From contig NZ_CP074694.1 in the NCBI RefSeq assembly GCF_018398935.1, positions 3,090,001 through 3,122,000 of the forward strand: a stretch of 32,000 nt of DNA. The letters are read 5' to 3'. Positions 9,040-16,688 of this stretch are shown here, piece by piece. Below the pieces are notes generated by a model. That model did no database searches, was not told the origin of the DNA, and saw only the letters and a list, made by a program, of their open reading frames with translations. The stretch's first letter is position 1, and each line of letters opens with the position of its first letter. The stretch comes from Telmatocola sphagniphila (GTDB lineage Bacteria > Planctomycetota > Planctomycetia > Gemmatales > Gemmataceae). The position numbers and the translations under genes are program-made.

Positions 9040-10734
9040 TTAACCCTGGAAATCTTCGGCAAAGGCCTTGGCCGAGAGATCGCTTCCGGTGACATGTTTG
9101 GTCAGCCCGCGCCAATCATACAGTTTGCCCGGAACAAACACTTTCTCTTTCATGAAATTCCCGGCTTCTTTCTTCCCGACGTAAGTAACGGAAGAGGGTT
9201 TCACATTCTCCCCGTATACCGCTTTCACCAGGGCATGGTGCACCTGGGAAGCAAACAATTGTCCCATCATGTAGTTGTGGTAATAAACCGGGGAACTGCA
9301 AATGTGGATCTTGGCCGCATAATCCGGTTCGTGACGCCCGTGCGGGGTTTTGACGAGTTGATATTTCTCCACATTATCCCACCAGAGCTTGTTCAGATCC
9401 TGCTCGGGATTTTCGTACATCCCCTTTTCGAACCTCAACATCACCTGGCACCAGCGGGAGAAAATCAAAAGCTCATTCCGAAGGACTTTAGCGGCTGCTT
9501 CGTCGAATTTCTTGGGATCTTCGACTTTGATGCCCATCTCTTCCAGCCAAGCCCGGCTCTTTGAGAACTTCTGAAATTGCATGGCCACCCCTTCGGTCGT
9601 CAGGATGTGCGACTCTGAACGCAAGATATACGGCACCGATTGCGGGATATTCTTGCTGCTGTAAACGCTATGCCCTAATTCGTGGAGCATCGTTCCCATC
9701 CAATATTCGTTGGGAACGATGTTGGCGAGCACGCGCACATCGCCTTCGCGGTCGATATCGGTGCAGAAAGCGTGGGGAGATTTACCTTTTTTCTCATAAA
9801 GATCCGACTTGGCGATTACCGTATCAATCGGCAAGCCAATGCCGGCGTAGAAGTCTCTGCAAAGCTTCAAAATATCGGCTTTTTTGAATGGCGCATCCAG
9901 ATCGGCATCAAATACCGCGGGCGATTCCTGGAAAAAGGGATCGTGATAGTGCCAGGGCATCAGCTCGGATACTTTGACGCCGCAATTCGCAGCCAGTTTT
10001 TCGTCGATTTCCGCTTTCGCTTTGGTGAACGGGACCCGGGTCAATTCATCGAGTTCATCGAATAGTTTGATGAGACTTTCGCCGTCCTGTTCGTTCAGAA
10101 ACAATTGCATCGCATGGAAATTCTTGAAGCCGAGCTCGCTGGCTGCGTGATTCCGCAGACCGACTAGCTCTTTGAGATCTTTTTCGACGTTTTTGCCGAC
10201 CCCCTTGGAAGCTTCCCAGAACGCTTTTCGTTCCGCCGAATTTTTGGATTCTTTCAAAACTTTGCGGACTTTGCTGTCGGGATATTCGGTCCCCTCCACC
10301 TGGGCGCGGTAGACGTTGAAGGCCTTCTCGACGGCGTTGGCCTTCTCCACCATCTTTTTCATCAGGGCGGGGTCGACCTGCTTTTCCAGATATATCAGGT
10401 AGAGAACATCAATCTGGCGGGCAATGTACTTGTCAGCGATCTCGCCTTTGTCCTTGGCCTCTTTCAGCGTCTTCAATTCGGCAAAAGTTTTCTTGTCCGA
10501 AAGAGCCTCATCGATTTTGTTCTGGGTGTCTTCTTTCTTCTGAAAATCGGCGTCTTTCCCGGAGACATTGGCATCCCACCAGGCAATGCCCGCGGCGATA
10601 TCCAGCTTGTGGAATTTCGCTTCGTGAGCCGAGATGAATTTTTTCGCTCGATCCGTCATTTCAGGACTCGCTTGCAAAAGCGAAGGGACGGCCACCGCGG
10701 CGGCTCCCGTAGCTAAAAAGGTGCGTCGATCCAT
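9040..10734 (-). CDS. Tat-exported gluzincin metallopeptidase, M2 (ACE-like) / M3-like
   Basis: 564 aa. The twin-arginine signal is MDRRTFLATGAAAVAVPSLLQA. The zinc motif is MLHELGHSVY, with a candidate third ligand Glu 30 residues after the first His (TTEGVAM). The N-terminal helical region (AAGIAWWDANVSGKD...) and overall length resemble bacterial angiotensin-converting-enzyme-like M2 peptidases. The family assignment comes from motif and layout only. Confidence 0.6.
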   Translation of the reverse strand: MDRRTFLATGAAAVAVPSLLQASPEMTDRAKKFISAHEAKFHKLDIAAGIAWWDANVSGKDADFQKKEDTQNKIDEALSDKKTFAELKTLKEAKDKGEIADKYIARQIDVLYLIYLEKQVDPALMKKMVEKANAVEKAFNVYRAQVEGTEYPDSKVRKVLKESKNSAERKAFWEASKGVGKNVEKDLKELVGLRNHAASELGFKNFHAMQLFLNEQDGESLIKLFDELDELTRVPFTKAKAEIDEKLAANCGVKVSELMPWHYHDPFFQESPAVFDADLDAPFKKADILKLCRDFYAGIGLPIDTVIAKSDLYEKKGKSPHAFCTDIDREGDVRVLANIVPNEYWMGTMLHELGHSVYSSKNIPQSVPYILRSESHILTTEGVAMQFQKFSKSRAWLEEMGIKVEDPKKFDEAAAKVLRNELLIFSRWCQVMLRFEKGMYENPEQDLNKLWWDNVEKYQLVKTPHGRHEPDYAAKIHICSSPVYYHNYMMGQLFASQVHHALVKAVYGENVKPSSVTYVGKKEAGNFMKEKVFVPGKLYDWRGLTKHVTGSDLSAKAFAEDFQG

Positions 10735-10749
10735 GTTGAAGCCTCTGGT

Positions 10750-11652
10750 TTACGTTGAGTAAACCCATTTTCCGAGAATAAAAGCGGGAATCAATAGGAG
10801 AGCGATGGCCAGGCCCCAGACACCAACGAAAATCGTAGCCAGGATGGCATCGAAAACGATCAGTCCGAAGATGCAGCGCTTCACCGCTTTTTGCACGGCC
10901 TGCGGAGTCGGTTCTCTCAGGGCCTGCAGCAAGGGCCGACCGATTCCCAGGAGGAAAACAGCCAGGAGTATTGGATAAATACTCTCTCCCAGAGTTTCCT
11001 GCTTCAGGTATTCGATACTCAAGGAACCCAATCCGGCGGCCAGAATGATCGCTGCTCCCAGAGCAAGAATCCCACGATTGCTCGTAGTCGCCTCCTGCTT
11101 GGCGAAGAAGGTCACGCCGAGAATGTAGAGCGATGTCGTGGCCGACAGAGCGAGGGGAATTTCGTGGTTTGGAAATTGAGCGAGCGTCAAACCGAGATAC
11201 ATATTCAAAAATCGACAGGCCGCCATGCTCACCGGGCCAATTAGTGTGTATTTCAGAACGCCATCGTAGAGGAGAATAGCCGCGACGAGAACGCAGGCGA
11301 TGGAAAACGGCCCTCCCAGAGAAAATTTTTGATCTGCGAGGGCCGCGAAAATTAAACCGGCTAGGGTCAGCCCCATGGCGATAGACCATGCCACCGATTT
11401 GGAAATTTTCCCGGAAGGTAATGGGCGAAATGGCCGTTCTTTCCGGTCAATTTCCAAGTCGAAGAGATCATTGAAAACCATCCCGGCTGTGTATAGGCAA
11501 CCCGAACAGACCAACAGGAGAAAGCCCCGGATAATCAGTTCAGAATCGACCGGTAATGTGAACAGAGCGATCAGAAAGCCAACAGCAATATCCGCGAAGG
11601 AGGAGAAAACGTTGGGGAGGCGCAGCAATCGCGCATAGGGGAGCAGTTTCAT
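10750..11652 (-). CDS. UbiA-superfamily integral membrane prenyltransferase
   Basis: 300 aa with about 8-9 hydrophobic helices. The first Asp-rich motif is NDLFDLEIDRKERPFRPLPSG (NDxxDxxxD...RPLxxG), typical of the UbiA superfamily. The gene is co-directional with the two upstream genes. Confidence 0.85.
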   Translation of the reverse strand: MKLLPYARLLRLPNVFSSFADIAVGFLIALFTLPVDSELIIRGFLLLVCSGCLYTAGMVFNDLFDLEIDRKERPFRPLPSGKISKSVAWSIAMGLTLAGLIFAALADQKFSLGGPFSIACVLVAAILLYDGVLKYTLIGPVSMAACRFLNMYLGLTLAQFPNHEIPLALSATTSLYILGVTFFAKQEATTSNRGILALGAAIILAAGLGSLSIEYLKQETLGESIYPILLAVFLLGIGRPLLQALREPTPQAVQKAVKRCIFGLIVFDAILATIFVGVWGLAIALLLIPAFILGKWVYST

Positions 11653-11720
11653 ATGTTCATATTAGCGACGCGACGACCCATGCGACGGAATGGGGATTTA
11701 CACGGCGTCGCAAAAACCGA

Positions 11721-12557
11721 TTACATCATTGGCAAAATCTTTTCCCGGGCAGTCTTGGCCGCTGTATCGGGATTTTCGACGTAGGGATAGAGTTCAATCG
11801 TCACCCAGCCGTCGTAGCCGATCTTTTTCAAACTTTGAATCACCGGTTTGAAGTCGATCACCCCTTCTCCCGGCACTAAATGATGGTGCTTTCGCGTGGC
11901 AGCGATGTCTTCGAGATGAACGTGCTTGAGATACTTGGCCAGCCGCTCCACGGTCGTGGCCGGGTCGTCACTCACGCAGTAGCTATGGCCAATGTCGAAG
12001 TTCAATCCAATGGCTGGGCTATCAATATGCTTCATGAATTCTTCGAACTGATCGGCGGTCTCAATCAGCAGTTCCGGTTCCGGTTCCACCAGCAAGAGCA
12101 CGCCTTCCTTCTCCGCATGCTCGGCCACCGGCTTAATCATTTCAATGAACAATTTTAAAGCCGACTGCCAGGATTGCCCTTTTTCCACCGGTCCGCCTGG
12201 TTCGGTCGTGATGCACTTCGCACCCAGCGCTTTGGCCAGTGTCAGAGCTCGCTTCGTATGCGTGATCCGGACCTGCCGATAGTTGCTGTCCATTTCAATC
12301 CAGGACGGGTACCAGTAAAGCTGTCGGGGGTCAGAGATCGCATGCATCATAAAGGAATTGATGTTCGAAATCTGCAGCCGATTTTTGGTCAAGTTGTCTT
12401 TGAGGGATTGGATCTGTTCGGGCAGGATGTAGGCCGGCCAGGCGTGCGGCACATCGGCCATAATCTCGATTCCCTCGTAGCCGAGTCCGGCCAGTCGGGA
12501 AGTCGCCTCAGCGAACGAAAATTTCAAATAGGCATTGGTGCTGAAAGCCAGCTTCAT
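11721..12557 (-). CDS. Xylose isomerase-like TIM-barrel protein (sugar phosphate isomerase/epimerase family)
   Basis: 278 aa. The layout is typical of this family: an N-terminal beta strand followed by GYEGIEI, then LLVEPEP, NFDIGH, and HVHLEDI metal-ligand-type motifs. The start lies 4 nt after the stop of the upstream cyclase-like gene. Confidence 0.75.
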   Translation of the reverse strand: MKLAFSTNAYLKFSFAEATSRLAGLGYEGIEIMADVPHAWPAYILPEQIQSLKDNLTKNRLQISNINSFMMHAISDPRQLYWYPSWIEMDSNYRQVRITHTKRALTLAKALGAKCITTEPGGPVEKGQSWQSALKLFIEMIKPVAEHAEKEGVLLLVEPEPELLIETADQFEEFMKHIDSPAIGLNFDIGHSYCVSDDPATTVERLAKYLKHVHLEDIAATRKHHHLVPGEGVIDFKPVIQSLKKIGYDGWVTIELYPYVENPDTAAKTAREKILPMM

Positions 12558-12561
12558 CGTG

Positions 12562-13755
12562 TCATACTCCGAGGTGATCCTTCAACATCTCAAATTGTTG
12601 AAAGAAATCGTGCTCCGTCACGCCGATGGGACTCTTGAAGAAACAGGCCAGATGTTTCAGAATCCCGACTTCGCCTTTCGATTGAGCATACAGCGATAGC
12701 CGAGCCAGATCCATAACCAGCGGCGCGGCCAGCATGGCATCGCATCCCTGCCAGGTGAACTGCATGGTCATTTTCGTTCCGAGGAACCCTTCGAAATGAA
12801 TGTGGTCCCAGGCGGTCTTCCAATTCTGCATCGATTCAATGTATTCGATGCTGACATGCGTTTGCGGCTTATACCCGAGGATGCTCGAAACGCTGTGCTC
12901 TTTCGACTGCATTTTAGGCTGTTTATTGCGCGGATCGTCCAGCACATAGCCGTCGCCGCCGCCCAGAATGTTATGTCCCACCCAGCTGAGAACTTTGAAG
13001 TGGCGGGCGGCGAACATCGGCGCCAGGACAGTTTTCAGCAAAGTCTCGCCCGTTTTGGCGTCCTGACCGGCGTGCACGGTTTTGCGGACTTCCGCCAGTT
13101 CCGCCAGAGCCGGAATGCTCGCTCCCAGCGACGGAGTGAAATTCACATAGGCAAAACCGGCATCCAGAGCCGCATAGGCGTACAGGCTACTAGCCGGGAG
13201 TACCGCTTCGCCTTTGGCGAGAGCCTGATTCAAATCGGCCAGCCGAGCGTGGCAGTTTTGTGCGGGAAATTGCGTCTCCGTCGAAGAGACGTTGACAACG
13301 ACGATCTGATCCAGCTGTTTTTTTTGCTTGAAGTCCCGCAGGTCTTCACCGATTTTCTGAATCGCCTGCAAAGGACTCGAAACCAATTGAATCCAGTTGT
13401 CTTGCCCCTGGGTTCGAATCCGCTCTTCGCAGGGTAACAACACGCCGGGGCGAATGTTACTCTGCCAGCTAACCAGATCCTCCTTACAGGCGTTGATCTG
13501 GGCGAGGGAGTAAAGCCCGGCCGCGGCATGCGTATCGGTCAGAATTTTGGTGAAGTCATCGGGGCGAAGATCGTGCCCGCCCAATTCGATTTCCTCGAAG
13601 TGAGCCAGGGGCAGCTTTTGGAACTCGGAAAGAGTCGTCACCATCCCGACCGGTGAAGCCAATCCGCGTTTCAGAGAAGCCAGACCTAAAGCCACGGTGG
13701 AGCCAATGCTGCCAAACGCGCCGATGAGCCACAGCCCCACACGCCGGGTTGCCAT
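12562..13755 (-). CDS. myo-Inositol-1-phosphate synthase (inositol-3-phosphate synthase) family protein
   Basis: 397 aa. An N-terminal Rossmann-like VGLWLIGAFGSIGSTVA is present. The central block NFTPSLGASIPALAELA...HAGQDAKTGETLLKTVLAPMFAARHFKVLSWVGHNILGGGDG...KQPKMQSKEHSV matches the conserved MIPS core (NFTP..., D.KTG.T..K, N.LGN.DG, K..SK). Confidence 0.75.
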   Translation of the reverse strand: MATRRVGLWLIGAFGSIGSTVALGLASLKRGLASPVGMVTTLSEFQKLPLAHFEEIELGGHDLRPDDFTKILTDTHAAAGLYSLAQINACKEDLVSWQSNIRPGVLLPCEERIRTQGQDNWIQLVSSPLQAIQKIGEDLRDFKQKKQLDQIVVVNVSSTETQFPAQNCHARLADLNQALAKGEAVLPASSLYAYAALDAGFAYVNFTPSLGASIPALAELAEVRKTVHAGQDAKTGETLLKTVLAPMFAARHFKVLSWVGHNILGGGDGYVLDDPRNKQPKMQSKEHSVSSILGYKPQTHVSIEYIESMQNWKTAWDHIHFEGFLGTKMTMQFTWQGCDAMLAAPLVMDLARLSLYAQSKGEVGILKHLACFFKSPIGVTEHDFFQQFEMLKDHLGV

Positions 13756-13890
13756 AATCGAAGCCTATATCCGAAAGAAAGGACCAGTGATCAGTGTATC
13801 TAATGGTAGGTACCAGACATTGTCGGAAAGTCTCGGGGATGGTCAAGTTAGATACGTAACTGCTACCATAATTGATACGACCGATTCTCA

Positions 13891-15159
13891 ATGAGCTTAC
13901 AAATGATGGAACTCGAACACGACCCCGCCTTCTGCAAAATCGAAGAAGCCCTCGAGGAATTGCGGGCGGGCCGGATGATCGTTCTCGTAGACGATGAACA
14001 TCGCGAAAATGAAGGGGATTTGGTCATTGCGGCCGAAAATGTCACCCCGCAGAGCATCAATTTCATGATTCGCCATGCCTGCGGCCGGTTATGCCTGGCC
14101 ATGTCGAAAGAGCTCTGCCAGAGGGTCGGGCTCGATCTGCTACCGGGTGTCAATCTCGATCCCTCGGCCACCCCGTTTACCCATAATTTCGATGCCCGTT
14201 ACGGCATAACTACGGGAATTTCCGCCTTCGATCGCGCACAAAGCATACTGACAGCCATCGACGATAAATCCACTCCAGCCGATCTGGTGAAAGATAAAGG
14301 CCATATGGACGGCCTGATGGCCAAGGAAGGCGGCGTTCTCGTCCGGGCGGGGCACACCGAAGGCAGTGTCGATCTGGCACGGATGGCGGGCTTCAAACAG
14401 GCGGCGGTCATCTGCGAAATCATCAAAGAAGATGGCCATATGGCTCGGGTACCCGACCTCAAGGAGTATTGCAAAACCCACAATTTGAAAATGTGCACGA
14501 TCGCCGAACTGATCCGTCATCGTCGCAGTCGGGAAAAACTGGTTAAACGAGAGATTTCGCTGAAATTACCTACAGAATTCGGCACCTTCGACCTCTTCGG
14601 TTATTCCTCGATCGTCGATCCCGAAACCCACCTCGCTTTAACAGTGGGAAATGTCGGCACTGAAATCGATGGCACGGTTACCGAACAGACTGAACCCATT
14701 TTAGTTCGGGTGCACAGTGAATGCCTCACGGGAGACGTTCTGCATAGTGCCCTGTGCGATTGTGGTTCGCAGTTGCATTTCGCGATGCAGCAGATTGTGA
14801 AAGCCGGGAAAGGCGTTCTGCTATACATGCGTCAGGAAGGCCGTGGCATCGGCCTATTGAACAAGATGAAAGCCTACAAACTCCAACAGGAAGAGGGCCT
14901 GGATACCGTTGAAGCCAATCAGCGGTTGGGCTTCCCGGCCGATCTCCGCCACTACGGGATCGGCGCTCAAATCCTTTACGATTTGGGCGTCAGGCAGATC
15001 CGTCTTCTCACCAATAATCCGAAGAAAATCATCGGTCTGGATAGTTATGGTTTAAAGATTATCGAACGGGTAAAAATTGAGTTGCCGCCGAACATCAACA
15101 ATCGAAAGTATCTGAACACCAAGAAAACCAAACTCGGCCATTTGCTGGAAGAAGTGTAA
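13891..15159 (+). CDS. ribBA: Bifunctional 3,4-dihydroxy-2-butanone-4-phosphate synthase / GTP cyclohydrolase II
   Basis: 422 aa. The DHBP synthase signature is DDEHRENEGDLVIAAE...RAGHTEGSVDLARMAG. The GTP cyclohydrolase II half is VRVHSECLTGDVLHSALCDCGSQL (zinc Cys triad), RQEGRGIGLLNK and LLTNNPKK. Confidence 0.95.
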   Translation: MSLQMMELEHDPAFCKIEEALEELRAGRMIVLVDDEHRENEGDLVIAAENVTPQSINFMIRHACGRLCLAMSKELCQRVGLDLLPGVNLDPSATPFTHNFDARYGITTGISAFDRAQSILTAIDDKSTPADLVKDKGHMDGLMAKEGGVLVRAGHTEGSVDLARMAGFKQAAVICEIIKEDGHMARVPDLKEYCKTHNLKMCTIAELIRHRRSREKLVKREISLKLPTEFGTFDLFGYSSIVDPETHLALTVGNVGTEIDGTVTEQTEPILVRVHSECLTGDVLHSALCDCGSQLHFAMQQIVKAGKGVLLYMRQEGRGIGLLNKMKAYKLQQEEGLDTVEANQRLGFPADLRHYGIGAQILYDLGVRQIRLLTNNPKKIIGLDSYGLKIIERVKIELPPNINNRKYLNTKKTKLGHLLEEV

Positions 15160-15183
15160 CACCTCTTCCAGCGGCTTGGATTT

Positions 15184-16554
15184 TTATCGGTTCGAGGATT
15201 CGTCCAGCAACGTATCGACCTGGACCGACTTCCGTTCCTGCGTGCTCGCAATATTGTCCTGATTGCCGATCTGGTAGACCACTTTATCCGATTGCATGGA
15301 ACTCCAGCTTTTTGCTGTCTTGGTGCGGAGTTCCACTCCCCCCTTCAGCAGCACTTCCCCGGTACCGGCCAGGATACTCAGTTCCTTGCAGGAGCCTTGA
15401 ATATCAGGCCCCTGGAAGTGAATTTCCCCATGAGCCGTCAGCTTTTGCAGGATTTCCGGGGCGGGGCCGCGGTTGCCGTGGTTATCGATTTTAATGTAGC
15501 TCTCAATCTGATCGATATTGATCGCATCGGCCGTGACTTTCATCAGGCACTTATTCGTCGAAATATTCCGGATCTCGAATCGTGGTTTGCCATCACCCAA
15601 AGTCACGATTAACTTCATGCGACTGGTAGCTTCCGCTTTCCGGATCGGATTCTTATCGGGGAGAGAATTCGACTTCTCCCCTTCCCGCGCGGGAATGTTC
15701 GTGGGTTTGATAGTCGAGATACTTCTTGGCGGAACTTCCGTTTCCACACGCTGGGGTTTTGGCGGTTGCACATCAATGGGCCGTTCGATCACCATTGGAG
15801 TCTTAACGGGTGCGGGAGTTGGTAAAGGGGCAAGTTCGAATTTTGGCTCGAGTTTGAATTCCGTGTTCGGTGCTTCCACTGGAGCCGGCTTGGGTGCGGG
15901 AGTCAGGGGCACCTGGATCGGATCAGGTTTTTTCTCTGCAGCTGGTTTTGCTTCCAAGGGAACTATCGGCGGCAAATCTGCATTCGGGACACTACTATTC
16001 TTCGGCGAATCCAAAGGTGGTTTGGGAATATCGAATTCTGTAGGTTTGGGTTTGGGAGTTTCCGGCAGGTCCAATCCTTTGTTCTGGGGCTCATCAATTC
16101 CCTTAATCGGGGGAGGAATTAGCGGAGTAGTCTTTTCCTCCGGCTTGGGCAAAGACTTTTCGGGAATAGACAGCGGCGGTAGAGTCGCTTCGGCCAACTT
16201 CAATGGAGCCGCGGGTGGTGGGTCGATATCAAATTTAGTTATGTCGGGAATTGCCAGCTCGATAGGAGTCGCTTTCGGTGTATCCAGCGGAGCGTTCGGA
16301 ACTTCCAAAACGAATTCTTTAACTTGGGGCTTCGTCGGCTCCGTACCGGGTTCGGGCACTGCCGGCAAATTTTTCGCGGGTTCCGACCCACTCAAGAGTT
16401 CGGGCAACTCGGCCGGCGGTTCAGTGCTCGAATTTTTCTTCGGCTTATGTAACAGCGTTCCAGGCTCTTGGGCACAAACGGTCAGCCCAGCCACGGAAAA
16501 GCTCAGGCAAAATGCCAGGGTCTTCCAGCGGTTCGGAACCATATTTCTCTCCAT
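15184..16554 (-). CDS. Secreted proline-rich protein with a C-terminal beta-rich domain (function unknown; weak OstA/LptA-like impression)
   Basis: The ORF runs to a TTG at 16590. ATG codons at 16554 and 16542 give a cleaner signal peptide (MVPNRWKTLAFCLSFSVAGLTVCAQ). About 280 aa of low-complexity P/K/E/L-rich spacer follow (PKPKPTEFDIPKPPLDSPK etc.). The final ~150 aa form a non-repetitive domain (LTAHGEIHFQGPDIQGSCKELSILAGTGEVLLKGGVEL). Confidence 0.6.
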   Translation of the reverse strand: MERNMVPNRWKTLAFCLSFSVAGLTVCAQEPGTLLHKPKKNSSTEPPAELPELLSGSEPAKNLPAVPEPGTEPTKPQVKEFVLEVPNAPLDTPKATPIELAIPDITKFDIDPPPAAPLKLAEATLPPLSIPEKSLPKPEEKTTPLIPPPIKGIDEPQNKGLDLPETPKPKPTEFDIPKPPLDSPKNSSVPNADLPPIVPLEAKPAAEKKPDPIQVPLTPAPKPAPVEAPNTEFKLEPKFELAPLPTPAPVKTPMVIERPIDVQPPKPQRVETEVPPRSISTIKPTNIPAREGEKSNSLPDKNPIRKAEATSRMKLIVTLGDGKPRFEIRNISTNKCLMKVTADAINIDQIESYIKIDNHGNRGPAPEILQKLTAHGEIHFQGPDIQGSCKELSILAGTGEVLLKGGVELRTKTAKSWSSMQSDKVVYQIGNQDNIASTQERKSVQVDTLLDESSNR

Positions 16555-16688
16555 TCCGGGGGTAACTAATCCAACCCCGAAAATTACCAAGGAAGAGAAT
16601 ACTGGTCTACCTCAAGTGAGAGCGGGCAAATGCAGCCTGGGCAAACTGGGATTCCTGGGAAATTTGAGACTCCTCAAAACGAAAGGAT

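Noticed and set aside
13411-13421. GGTTCGAATCC, the tRNA T-arm/T-loop consensus
   Set aside because: It lies inside the MIPS-like CDS. The flanking bases do not form a T-stem (CTGGG vs CCGCT), and no acceptor or anticodon arms are present. This is a chance match.
13756-13890. Possible FMN (RFN) riboswitch in the 135-nt leader upstream of ribBA
   Set aside because: The conserved RFN core elements are absent. These are the GGGTGAAA..CCC and ACCGGCGGT-type helices and the CCGACAGTATAGTCTGGATG-like 3' segment. Only a vague resemblance (gacattgtcggaaagtctcggggatgg) is present. The region is more simply a divergent promoter region. A covariance-model scan (Rfam FMN) would settle it.
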